A stretch of DNA of 64,000 nt from Candidatus Aminicenantes bacterium (GTDB lineage: Bacteria > Acidobacteriota > Aminicenantia > Aminicenantales > UBA4085). A program made the translations under genes and the position numbers. Positions 36,613-46,726 of this stretch are shown here, piece after piece. Below the pieces are notes generated by a model. That model saw nothing but the letters and a program-made list of their open reading frames with translations, made no database searches and was not told where the DNA came from. The stretch lies in NCBI GenBank assembly GCA_963803915.1, contig CAWDOL010000015.1, positions 140,013 through 204,012 on the forward strand. The letters run 5' to 3'. Each line of letters starts with the position of its first letter. The stretch's first letter is position 1.

Positions 36613-37663
36613 AAAGCCGACCATGAAAGCGCTGGTCAAGACCGCCAAGGGCGAGGGCTTCGTCGAGCTTCGGGACGTCCCGGTCCCGGAGATCGGACCC
36701 GGCGACGTCCTCATCGAGGTCAGAGCGGCCGGCATTTGCGGCACCGACATCCACATTCTGCATGACGAGTTTCCGTACTGGCCGCCGGTCATCCTGGGCC
36801 ACGAGTTTGCGGGCGTCGTCGCCGCTCTGGGCCCGGACGTCCGGGGCTGGGCCGTGGGAGACCGCGTCGTGGGCGAGCCGCACACCCTGGCCTGCGGGAC
36901 TTGCTGGCTCTGCCGGACCGGGAGCCGCCAGCTGTGCGCCTCCAAGCGCTCGCCCGGCTGGGGCATCGACGGTTGCTTTGCGAAATGGATGCGCTATCCC
37001 GAGCCGGCCCTTCTCCACCGTATCCCCGACGATATGCCCTTTGAGGAAGCCGCCTTCGTCGAGCCGGCGGCCAACGTCGTCCACGACGTGCTCGAGCGCG
37101 GCCGGGTCGAGCCGGCGGACGCGGTGATCGTCGTCGGCCCGGGGCCGATCGGCCTCATGGCGGCCATGGCGGCCAAGGCAGCGGGCGCGGCCCGCGTGGC
37201 CGTGGCCGGAACAAACGCCGATGAGGCTGTTCGCTTGCCCGCGGCCCGCAAGATCGCCGCGATCGACGCCGTCTGGAATGTCGAGAAAGACGATGTCCCG
37301 GCCGCGGCCGCCGCGTTCACCGACGGGCGCGGCGCCGACCTGGTGGTCGAAGCCAGCGGCTCCGAGGGCGGCATCGGCCTCTCCGTCCAGCTGGTCCGCA
37401 AGAAGGGCAGGGTGGCGGCCATCGGCCTCACGGGACGGCCGGCGATCTCATTCCCCTACGAAGCCGCCATGTCCAAGGCCGTCGATTTCATCTTCAATAT
37501 GTCCACGTCTTACACGTCCTGGGACCGGGCCATCCGCCTCGTCCACAGCCGGCAGATCGATGTCCGGCCGTTGCTTACCCATAAAGGCGGGCTGGACCGG
37601 TGGCGCGAGCTCTTCTCGGCGATGGAGAGCAAGCAGGGCCTCAAGGGCGTCTTCATCCCCTGA
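36605..37663 (+). CDS. Zinc-dependent alcohol/polyol dehydrogenase (MDR family)
   Basis: ATG at 36605 (8-nt overlap with the upstream gene). Motifs GICGTDIH, GHEFAGVV, structural-zinc cysteines CGTCWLCRTGSRQLC, and GPGPIGLMAA. Confidence 0.85.
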   Translation: MSEKPTMKALVKTAKGEGFVELRDVPVPEIGPGDVLIEVRAAGICGTDIHILHDEFPYWPPVILGHEFAGVVAALGPDVRGWAVGDRVVGEPHTLACGTCWLCRTGSRQLCASKRSPGWGIDGCFAKWMRYPEPALLHRIPDDMPFEEAAFVEPAANVVHDVLERGRVEPADAVIVVGPGPIGLMAAMAAKAAGAARVAVAGTNADEAVRLPAARKIAAIDAVWNVEKDDVPAAAAAFTDGRGADLVVEASGSEGGIGLSVQLVRKKGRVAAIGLTGRPAISFPYEAAMSKAVDFIFNMSTSYTSWDRAIRLVHSRQIDVRPLLTHKGGLDRWRELFSAMESKQGLKGVFIP

Positions 37664-37692
37664 ACGGGGAGCGGCCCAGGAAGGAGAAAGCC

Positions 37693-38722
37693 ATGACTCA
37701 TGAGTTCGGCATCATCGGGGCGGGGATCATGGGCGGCGCCGTCGGCCGGGTCCTCAAGAACATACCCAGTGTGAAGATCCGGGCCATCTGCGATCCGGAC
37801 ATCGAGCGGCGCGAAGCGCTGGGCCAGGAGCTGGGCGTTGCGGCCCTCTACGCGAACCACAAAGACATGCTGGACAAGGAGAAGCTCGATGCGGTGGCCG
37901 TGGCCACGCCGGACCATTTTCATCGCCGGCCCGTCGTCGACGCCCTGCAGGCCGGCTGCCATGTCTATGTCGAAAAGCCGATGGCGACCTCGCAGGCCGA
38001 CGCCGAGGAGATGTTCCGGGTGGTGAAGACAACCGGCAAAAAGCTCCAGGTCGACTTCAACCACCGCTGGCTCTCGCCCTACCACAAGGTCCGCGAGATG
38101 ATCACGGCCGGCAAGATCGGCGAGCCGCTCATCGGCTTCGCCCGCAAGAACAACCCGATCTTCGGTACCGACCCAGATGATCAAGTCCTGGTCGGCCAAG
38201 TCCACCCCGGCCTGGTTCCTGTCCTGCCACGACATCGACCTGATGACCTGGTGGTTCGACGCCGATCCGGTCGAGGCCTATGCCCGCGGGACCAAGAAGG
38301 TCCTGGCCGGGATGGGCTTCGATACCTACGACGGCATCCAGTCGCTGGTGACCTATGAGGGCGGCAAGCACGCCACCTACGAAGCCGTCTGGATCTACCC
38401 GAATTCGAGCCCCTACATGCCCGACTCGTTCATGGAGATCATCGGCAGTGCCGGCTCCCTGCACCTGGACCGCAAAGCCGAAGCGATCGACGCCCTGCTC
38501 CCGGAGAAGTTCGATTGCCCCAGGACTTTCCTCAATTATAAGGTCTTCGATGAATGGCAGGGTGCCTTCCCGGCCGCGGTGCGGGGCTTCGTCTATGCCA
38601 TCGAGCACGACACGGAGCCCCATGTCGGCGCCCGCGACGGCGTCCGGAGCACGGCCGTCCTGGACGCCATCCATCGCTCGCTCGCGTCCGGGAAGCCCGA
38701 GACAATCAGCCTGAACGTCTGA
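37693..38722 (+). pseudogene. Gfo/Idh/MocA family oxidoreductase, one frame break near 38165
   Basis: RBS AAGGAG then ATG at 37693. Motifs FGIIGAGIMGG and VYVEKPMA. After ..ARKNNPIF the sequence continues in the 38177 ORF frame (VPTQMIKSWSAKSTPAWFLSCHDIDLM..). Confidence 0.8.
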
Positions 38723-38749
38723 CCGGCCCTCGTACGACGGAGTCATGCC

Positions 38750-39421
38750 ATGAAATTCGCCGACGACATCGCAATGTTCGCCTTCATGGAGAAGACCTTC
38801 TACTCGGGGGCCATCTCCGACATCCTCGACGGGATGGGCTTTCCGGTGTGCGCCGCCGGCCCGCATGCCCTGATTCGGCCGCTCTACCAGCAGGCCGTCT
38901 GCGCCGGCCGCGTCCGGACGCTGCTCAACGCGCCCATGCGGACCGGCCGCGAGGACCCGTACAAGCTGGCCATCGCCCTCATGGACAGCCTCAAGCCCGG
39001 CGATGTCGCCGTAGCCACGGCGACCAAGCCGCTCGAGACCGGGATCATGGGCGAGCTTTCGGCCACGGCCATGCGGAGCCGCGGCGCCCGCGGCTGCCTC
39101 GTCGACGGCTACACCCGCGACGCCCGCAAGATCATCCAGATGCAATTCCCCGTCTTCGCCAAGGGCATCTCGCCGATCGACACCACGGACCGGGCCGGCG
39201 TCGTCGATATCGACGGCCCCGTGCTTTTCGCCGGCCGCCGCATCAGCCCGGGAACGATCGTCTTTGCCGATCTCGACGGCATCGTCTTTATCCCCAGGGA
39301 GATCGAGAAGGAGGCCATCGGGGAGGCCGTTCGCCGGGTCAAGGCCGAGTCGACGGTCCGCAAGTCCCTGGCGGCCGGAAAGAAAGTCCGCGACGTCTGG
39401 GACAAGCACCACGTCATGTAA
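38750..39421 (+). CDS. RraA / HMG-aldolase (demethylmenaquinone methyltransferase-like) family protein
   Basis: 223 aa: ..GIMGELSATAMRSRGARGCLVDGYTRDARKI..FPVFAKGISPID..ISPGTIVFADLDGIVFIP.. Confidence 0.8.
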   Translation: MKFADDIAMFAFMEKTFYSGAISDILDGMGFPVCAAGPHALIRPLYQQAVCAGRVRTLLNAPMRTGREDPYKLAIALMDSLKPGDVAVATATKPLETGIMGELSATAMRSRGARGCLVDGYTRDARKIIQMQFPVFAKGISPIDTTDRAGVVDIDGPVLFAGRRISPGTIVFADLDGIVFIPREIEKEAIGEAVRRVKAESTVRKSLAAGKKVRDVWDKHHVM

Positions 39422-39437
39422 GTGAGGAGCTCCGCCG

Positions 39438-42400
39438 ATGACGAGAAAGATCGCCGCCGCGCTCATCCTGATGGCCGTCGCCGGACTCGGCTTCCCTCCG
39501 CAGAGGCGGGCCCTCGAGCCCCTGAGCTATCGCGAGGATTTCGAGTCCCGGGAGCTCAATGCCTGGGCCTCCTACCCGCTCTGGCAGGACACGGCCTTCG
39601 ACCCGAACATCCGGCCGGATACCATCGTCGCCGGGGACCCGAATATCTCGCTGGTCGAGAAGGTCACGCCTTACTCGCCGGTCGAGTGTTACGCGGGGGC
39701 GCAAAAGGCTTTGCAGGCGTGGTTCCGGCCGGGTTCCTCGGTGAGTCTGCGGGTCTACCTCAAGACGGAGCTGCGGCCCGAGTGGATCAAGATCAGGCTG
39801 GCAGCAGGCGACAAGGGGGCCGTGGACTTCACCGCGGCCGGCCCGCCGACCAACGCCTGGCTGCCCCTGACCGCGTCGTATGAGGATTTCGTCCGGTCGA
39901 ACCCCGCCATCGGAGGGGGCGACCTCCAAATCCACGGGCTGGCCGTCATGGCCAAATTCTCCAAGGGCGATCCGGCCATGCCCATCTATTTCGGGCTCGA
40001 CGACGTCGTCGTCACGGCCGAGCAGGAAGCCGCGTTCCGGTTCGCCGAGCCGGCCGTCGACAAGCTCAGCGAGTGGACGCCTTTCATTCCGCGCCAGGCG
40101 TATCAGACGGGCGACACGCTCGTGGTCGAGGGAAAATGGCCCTTCGAGGCGGACCGCGTCGAGCTCGAGGTCGGGAGCTTCGCGACAGAAGGAAAGCCCC
40201 TCGCCGTGAGCCGTCTCGCGTTGAAGGACGGGGCAGTGGAGCGGCTCGGTCAAGCTGCCCTTTCCCCCGGGCCTTTACCGGGCTCGCTTGACGGCTTTCG
40301 ACGGGGCGGTGCCCGCGGCCGAAACGGAGTTCACGTCCATATCGTTCCCGCGGGAATCGCCGGCCGGCATCCGCGGCTGTGGTTCGACGAAACAGTCGAG
40401 GCCCAAGATCGCGGCCCGCCTGGCCGAGCCCCGTTTCAAGGCCGTCCGCGACGGTATCCTGGCCGACCTCAAGGACAGCCGGGAGAAGCTGCCGCCCGAG
40501 AAGATCGTCTTCGATATCGACGCCTTCCCTGGGGACGAGCCGCTCATCGGCAACGTGCCCCGCTCCATCTACCCCTGGTTCACCCGCATCACGTCCTGGG
40601 AGAAGGCCCTCCGCTCGAGCGCCCTGGCTTATGCCCTGTGCGGAGTGGAGGAGGCCGGGGCCTACGGCAAGGCTGTCCTTCTGAAGCTGTGCACCTTCCC
40701 GTTCTGGGTCCATCCCTGGTTCGAGACGCGCGGGCAGCACATCTACTATCCGGTCGGCGAGCTGAGCATGGAAGCGGCGCTGGCCTACGACCTTTTCTAC
40801 GGGCTGATGAGCGAGACGGAGCGCCGGGCCTGCCGCGAAGCATTCCGCCGCAACATGGTCATGGGGCTGTCACCGCGGCTATGTCGAGGACAACCTGGTT
40901 ACGAGCGGCACTTCCAACTGGATCGCCCATGTCACCTGCGGCTCGCTCATGGCCCAGGCGGCTGTCTTCGGCGACGGGGCGGCCGATGAAAAGCAGGAGC
41001 TTCACTTTACCGGCGCCGTCCTCAAGCTCCACGACTTCATCGGCAAATCCGTCGGTGCGGACGGCGGGTACGGCGAGAGTCTCGGCTACAGCACGTTCAC
41101 CATGCTTTCGCTCTCCAAGGCGCTGCCCGCCCTCGACAACGTCTTCGGCCTGGACCTCTCGGCCCCGCTCTCCCGCACCTATCCCGACCTGATCTGGGCC
41201 GGGCTGATCAAAGACAAGCTCTTCTTCCACTACGGCGACTCGGGCGGGAGCCTCGGCCCGATCACCAGCGGGGCCGGCATCCTCAATCCGATCCCCAATT
41301 GGGCCTGGCTGGCGGCCAAGCTCAAGGATCCGCAGCTTCTCTGGCTCTACGCCTTTCTCAAGAAGGAGGAAACCTTCCAGGACGTCCTCCACCCGACGGA
41401 GGCGCTGCCCCGCAAGGATCCCTTCGCCGAGAACCCGATCAGGCTTTTCCGCGACCTGGGCACCACCGTCTTCAAGAGCGGCTGGGAGCGCGACGACTTC
41501 GCCTTCGTCATGCGCACGGGCGCCTTCTACAACCACCAGCACCTGGACCAGGGCTCGTTCTGGCTGGCCGACCGCGGCATCGTCTTCATCGGCGAGCGCA
41601 CCGGCAGCCACTATTACGACGATCCATACTACCAGTCGCACTACACCCAGCCCGCGGCCCACTCGACCATCCTCATCGATCGCAACCCGCAGAGCCAGCG
41701 CAACGGCGATCCGCTGCGGCTTATCGACGGCTTCGCCGACCGGGCTTTTATCCGCGAATTCCTGGATGGGAAGGCGGCCGCCTTTTCGTCCGGCGACATC
41801 GGCCGCCTCTACGGGGACAAGATCAAGACGATGCGCCGCGGCGCGCTCTACCTCAAGCCGCGGGCCGTCCTCATGATCGACACGATCGTCCCCGCGAAGA
41901 ATGACGTCGATGTGACGCTTCTCTTCCAATCATCCAGGCTCGAGGACATCCGGCCGTCGCCTCGAGACTCGCGGATCGTCAAAGGCGGCAGCGCCCTCCA
42001 CATCGCCCACCTGGCGCCGGCGGAGAAGACGGAGGTCAAGACAGAGGAGACGCCGGTCTACATCAAGACCCTGGGCTCGGAGTATCCGCTGGCCAAGGAA
42101 GGCATGCTGACGGTTACGGCCCGCACCAAGGGGCGGCCTTTGGTCATGGCCAGCCTGCTCCGGGTGGATGCCCCTGAGAGCGGCTCCCTCGAAGTCAACA
42201 CCGGGGGACGGATTCGTGGCGGGCGAGATCGACGGCTGGCGCTACGCCGTCGGCCATGACTTGGGCCGCCGCATCCAACCCGGCGGATTCGCCACGGACG
42301 GCCAGGCCCTGGCCTGGAAAGAAGGGGCGGTGTTCGCGGTCGAGGCCAAGGTCCTGGTGCGCGGAGGCAAGTCTCTTTTCGAGTCGAGCGAGCCGGCAAC

Positions 42401-42521
42401 GTTCGAGCTTTTGCCCGACAGGATCACGGGCTGCCTGGCGGCCCCGGCCAAGATCGTGCTCTTCGCGGCGTCGCGTCCGGCATCGGTCACCGTCAACGGC
42501 AAGGCGCTTCAAATCGTTTGA
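39438..42521 (+). pseudogene. Heparinase II/III-like (polysaccharide-lyase-like) protein, at least five frame breaks
   Basis: Signal peptide. HPRLWFDE..; C-terminal Hepar_II_III-type block GAFYNHQHLDQGSFWLADRGIVFIGERTG..AAHSTILIDRNPQ. Four ORF-track pieces are in different frames. Breaks are at about 40250, 40345, 40403, 40867 and the G-run at 42203-42207. Confidence 0.7.
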
Positions 42522-42598
42522 CCTACGATAAAAGCAGTCAGCGGCTGAAGATGAGCCTCCCGGCCGGCGAGGTCGTGGTGACTTTTTAGGAGAAGCGG

Positions 42599-43987
42599 AT
42601 GGACAGACGAAAATTCATCGGCGTGTCCTCGGCCGGGGCGGCGGCCTTCCTCTCCGGTCTCAAGCCCGCTGCGGCGTCCGCGGACCGGACCGTCCCCACC
42701 GATCAGGCCGCACCGTCCGCTTTCCAGCCCCACGCTCCGCTGCCGACGGGGGAGCCGGCCCTCGCTTCGTTCTCCCCGGCCGATCTTCGCCGGATCAAGC
42801 GCCAGTACGAGTATGACCTCTACGAAGATTTCCTGCCCTTTATGGACAAGTTCGTGGTGGACCACGAATACGGCTCGTTCATGTGCACGGCCGACCGCGA
42901 CGGCACGCGCCTTTCCGAGGACAAATCGGCTTGGTTCACGGGCCGCGGCATCTGGGTCTATTCCTTCCTCTACAACAACCTGACCCATGATCCGAAGCAT
43001 CTCGAGATCGCCCGCAAGGCCGTGGACTTCATCCTCAAGTCCAAGCCGCGGGAGAACGACCTTTGGCCGTCGGCGTTCACCCGGGAAGGCGAACCGAAGG
43101 GCGCCCCGGACGCCAGGACGTACGGGGACCTCTTCATCGCCTCCGGGCTGGCCGAATTCTCGGCGGCCTCCGGCGACCCGCGCTCCTTCGATATGGCCAA
43201 GGAGCTTCTCCTCAAGTGCTTGCGCGTGTACGACCGGCCCGATTTCTGCCCGGAGATCGTCAATGACTACAAGCTGCCGAACGTGCCGCTTGTTCCCGGG
43301 GCCCGTGTCCAGGGGGTCTGGTTCTGCACCTTGAGCCTGGCCACGACCTTGCTGACGCACCGCCGCGACGAGCAGGTCGCGGCCGTCGCCGACCGGTGCA
43401 TCGACGCCGTCATGAACCGTCACTTCAACCCGGAGTACGGCCTGAACAACGAGATTCTGGAGCACGACTTCTCCCGGCCCCGAAACGACCTGGCCCGCTT
43501 CGTCTACACCGGGCATTGCATCGAGACGCTGTGGATGGTCATGGACGAGGCCGCGCGGAGGAAGGACCGGACCCTCTTCGAGAAGGCCGAGGCGCGGCTG
43601 CGGCGGGCCGTCGAGGTCGCTTGGGACGACATCTACGGCGGCGTCTTCCGAAGCCTCAACGATGCCGAGGCCAACGTCTGGTACACGGACAAGGTCCTGT
43701 GGGCGCAGGAGGAAGTCCTCATCGGTACGCTGATGGCGGCCGAGCACGCCGGCAGCGCCTGGGCCAAGGAGTGGTTCGTCCGGATGTACAACTACGTCCA
43801 TGACAAGTGGCCGCTGGCCAAGCACGGTTTCCCGCTCTGGGATAACTCCACCGATCGGAAAGTGACGTTCGTGCCGCACTCCACACGGATCGAGAACTTC
43901 CATCATCCCCGCCACCTGATGCTCAACCTGCTGGCCGCCGGGCGCCTGCTCGACAGGGGCGGCAAAGTTTCGGGCGTCTTCACTTAA
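42599..43987 (+). CDS. AGE-superfamily (N-acylglucosamine 2-epimerase-like, alpha/alpha-barrel) protein with Tat signal
   Basis: MDRRKFIGVSSAGAAAFLSGL (twin-arginine). Motifs: DKSAWFTGRGIWVYSFLYN, YTGHCIETLWMVMDEA, LWAQEEVLIG, NFHHPRHLM. Confidence 0.6.
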   Translation: MDRRKFIGVSSAGAAAFLSGLKPAAASADRTVPTDQAAPSAFQPHAPLPTGEPALASFSPADLRRIKRQYEYDLYEDFLPFMDKFVVDHEYGSFMCTADRDGTRLSEDKSAWFTGRGIWVYSFLYNNLTHDPKHLEIARKAVDFILKSKPRENDLWPSAFTREGEPKGAPDARTYGDLFIASGLAEFSAASGDPRSFDMAKELLLKCLRVYDRPDFCPEIVNDYKLPNVPLVPGARVQGVWFCTLSLATTLLTHRRDEQVAAVADRCIDAVMNRHFNPEYGLNNEILEHDFSRPRNDLARFVYTGHCIETLWMVMDEAARRKDRTLFEKAEARLRRAVEVAWDDIYGGVFRSLNDAEANVWYTDKVLWAQEEVLIGTLMAAEHAGSAWAKEWFVRMYNYVHDKWPLAKHGFPLWDNSTDRKVTFVPHSTRIENFHHPRHLMLNLLAAGRLLDRGGKVSGVFT

Positions 43988-43996
43988 GAGAAGGCC

Positions 43997-44755
43997 ATGG
44001 AAAAGCTGTCGTACTACGATTGCTTCTGTTCCGTCGGGCGGGTCGGGAATCCGATCCTCCTGGACATTCCGGATGTCGCCGGGCTGAAGAAGGAGATGGC
44101 GGCGGCCGGTGTGGAGCGGGCCCTGGTCTCGCACACTCTGGCCCGCTTCGGCGACCCCGTTATCGGCAATTCCCGGCTGATGACGGAGATCGCCGGCGAC
44201 CCGGACCTGGATCCGGTCTGGTTTCTCCTGCCGCATCACACGGGGGAGATGCCTCCGCCGCCGCGGCTGCTCGAAGAGATGAAGGCGGCCGGCGTCAGGG
44301 CCGTACGCCTGGACCCCGGCCGGACCCATCAGGGCTTCTCCCTGGCCGAATGGTGCGCGGGCGATCTTCTGGCGGCCCTTGAAGAGGCCCATTTGCCGCT
44401 CCTTCTCGATGCCGATGCCGTGACCTGGGACGAGGTTCGGGACCTACTCCAAAACCACCCCGCGCTGCCGCTCGTCATGGCCAACTGCACCTATCGCTTC
44501 AACCGGTTTCTCTACCCTCTGTTCGAGAAGTACCCGAATCTCCATGTCGAGATCTCCCGCTTCCTGGGCGCCGGGGCCATCGAAGACGTCGTCCGGCGCT
44601 TCGGCAGCCGGCCGCTGCTCTTCGGCACCAACATGCCGTATTACACGGGGACGGCCGCCGTGGGGCGGCTGGCCTACGCCGAGATCGGAAGGGACGAGAA
44701 GGAATCCATCGCCGGCGGCAATCTGCGCGGGATCATCGGGGAGGCCTGGTCATGA
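43997..44755 (+). CDS. Amidohydrolase-2 (TIM-barrel) fold protein lacking the N-terminal HxH
   Basis: 252 aa, collinear with the next gene (..LLFGTNMPY..). It has YYDCFCSVG where the paralog has IIDMHAHVG. Confidence 0.55.
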   Translation: MEKLSYYDCFCSVGRVGNPILLDIPDVAGLKKEMAAAGVERALVSHTLARFGDPVIGNSRLMTEIAGDPDLDPVWFLLPHHTGEMPPPPRLLEEMKAAGVRAVRLDPGRTHQGFSLAEWCAGDLLAALEEAHLPLLLDADAVTWDEVRDLLQNHPALPLVMANCTYRFNRFLYPLFEKYPNLHVEISRFLGAGAIEDVVRRFGSRPLLFGTNMPYYTGTAAVGRLAYAEIGRDEKESIAGGNLRGIIGEAWS

Positions 44756-45549
44756 GCGCCCTCGAAGAGCGGATCCACGCCGGCCTGCCCCTGGACGACA
44801 TCGAGATCATCGACATGCACGCCCATGTCGGCCCCTTCTACAACCTGCACATCCCGGCCGCCTCCGCCGCGGACATGGTCCATGTCATGGACCTCTGCGG
44901 CATCCGGAGGACCGTGCTCTCGGCCAACTTGAGCTTCGAAGGCGATATCGCCGCGGGCAACGACATGATGCGCGAAGCGGTGGCGGCGCATCCGGGCCGA
45001 CTGCTCGGCGCGTGCGCCGTCAGCGGCAGCTATCCCGAGCTCTCGCAGGCCGAGCTGGAGCGGTGCTTCGCCCGGCCGGGTGTCGTCTTGATCAAGCTCC
45101 ATCCCTGGTACACCAAGTGCGCCCTGAACGATCCACGAATGAAGGGCATCTACGCTTTCGCCGAGGAAAGAAAAGTCCCCGTCCTGGTCCACACCTGGCT
45201 CGACGGCGATCCCTTCGGCTCGCAGGACCTGTTCGCCGCGGCGGCCCGCGAACACCCGGGCATCAGCTGGATCATGGGCCATTCGGGGGGCCCTTACGGG
45301 AGCCGGCGCGCGGTCGAGATCGCCCGTGAATCACCCAACGTGTTTCTCGACACCACGCTTTCGATGTGCCCGGCCCGGCAGATCGAGTTCTTCGTCGGGG
45401 AGGTCGGCGCGGAGCGCATCCTCTTCGGCACGGACAATCCCTTTATCGATCCGCGGCCGCAGATCGGGCGGGTCGGCTTGGCCCAGATATCGCTGCAGGA
45501 CAAAATCGCCATCTTCGGCGGCAACGCAAGAAAGCTGCTGGGGCTCTAG
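44752..45549 (+). CDS. Amidohydrolase-2 family metal-dependent hydrolase
   Basis: 265 aa with an ATGA start/stop overlap with the upstream gene. Motifs IIDMHAHVGP, VLVHTW, GHSGG and FGTDNPFIDP. Confidence 0.7.
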   Translation: MSALEERIHAGLPLDDIEIIDMHAHVGPFYNLHIPAASAADMVHVMDLCGIRRTVLSANLSFEGDIAAGNDMMREAVAAHPGRLLGACAVSGSYPELSQAELERCFARPGVVLIKLHPWYTKCALNDPRMKGIYAFAEERKVPVLVHTWLDGDPFGSQDLFAAAAREHPGISWIMGHSGGPYGSRRAVEIARESPNVFLDTTLSMCPARQIEFFVGEVGAERILFGTDNPFIDPRPQIGRVGLAQISLQDKIAIFGGNARKLLGL

Positions 45550-45592
45550 ACGGCCGGGTTATGTGACGGCGACGGATGTCGTGGAGGAAAAG

Positions 45593-46726
45593 ATGAGAAG
45601 AGCGTTGTATTGGGCCGCGGCTCTCCTTGGCGCGGCGGTCGCGTTCGGATACGCATCGCCCCAGGAAACCATCAACATCCCGGGGACCGTCGGCGTCGTC
45701 ATGCAGTCGAACGAACGGCTGCTCTACCCGCGCTTGGAGGATGTGGCCATTCGGACCATGGACCGCCTGCCGGACGGGGTGGGGCTCAAGCTGCTGCTCG
45801 TTTCGGATTTGAAGGGCTTCTCCCGCTTCGAGTATGCGACGAACGGCGCCCCGTTCCGCGAGGCGGCCGGGGGGAGCCTGGTCATCGCCTTCGAGGACAA
45901 GCACACGCCCGATGTCCAGAAGACGGCGACGATCATCCGCGCCGTGAGCGCCTCCGGAGCAGTCTCCAAGGATTACGGCCTCAACGTCAACTATTACCCG
46001 CGGGAGCTCTACGCCAAGGCCGGCCAGACCGCGCCGGGCTACGTCATTGTCCAAAAGACGGATATCCCCATCGTCCTCAGCCGTGTGGCGGACTGGATCG
46101 TCGACCAGCCGACGTCCGAGGACGCCGCGTTTGCCGCCGCAACCTGGGGGAAAGCTATCGAGGGAGCGACGACTCCGCTGGACAAGGCCCGGCGGCTGGC
46201 CCGGGCGCTGATGGACGAGCTCAAGACCCACCGGGGCACCCCTTCCGACAAGATGAACGTGCCGCCCTTCGAGCAGTATCGGCGGCTCATGGCGGGGGAG
46301 GATCGGGCCTGGTGCAGCAACCTGGCCGATATCTTCGTCCATGCCTGCAACGCCCTGGGCGTGCCGGCGCGCCAGATCAAGATGATGCGGACCTGGTCCA
46401 AGGGCAGCGCCTATGACTTGCTGATGGCCGAGGGTCACTCCACGACGGAGATCTTCGCCGCGGACCTCAACAAGTGGGTCTGGATCGACCTGACCTTTGC
46501 CATGACCGGGATGGAGCTTTCCGGCCTGGGTTCGATCCACATGGCCGAGCTGGCCCGGGCCCTCAACGATGCGGACCGGATCGGCGGCCTGACGGCCACC
46601 GTCTATGATCCGCAAACACGGACCGAAAGGCGGATGAGCGCCATCGACAGCCCCGGCCGCGATGCTCTGCTGAACTACTTCAAGCGGGACCAGATGTTCA
46701 CCTATTTCCAGAAGAAGACACCATGA
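45593..46726 (+). CDS. Transglutaminase-like cysteine-protease-fold protein, secreted
   Basis: The ATG at 45593 follows GGAGG. Signal peptide. Cys context RAWCSNLADIFVHACNALGVPAR. His/Asp context AEGHSTTEIF..KWVWIDLT. Confidence 0.65.
   Translation: MRRALYWAAALLGAAVAFGYASPQETINIPGTVGVVMQSNERLLYPRLEDVAIRTMDRLPDGVGLKLLLVSDLKGFSRFEYATNGAPFREAAGGSLVIAFEDKHTPDVQKTATIIRAVSASGAVSKDYGLNVNYYPRELYAKAGQTAPGYVIVQKTDIPIVLSRVADWIVDQPTSEDAAFAAATWGKAIEGATTPLDKARRLARALMDELKTHRGTPSDKMNVPPFEQYRRLMAGEDRAWCSNLADIFVHACNALGVPARQIKMMRTWSKGSAYDLLMAEGHSTTEIFAADLNKWVWIDLTFAMTGMELSGLGSIHMAELARALNDADRIGGLTATVYDPQTRTERRMSAIDSPGRDALLNYFKRDQMFTYFQKKTP

Noticed and set aside
31774-42207. Programmed ribosomal frameshifting as the explanation for the split genes.
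   Set aside because: There are no shared slippery heptamers or downstream structures. Several genes carry multiple breaks of both signs. No precedent exists for these enzyme families.
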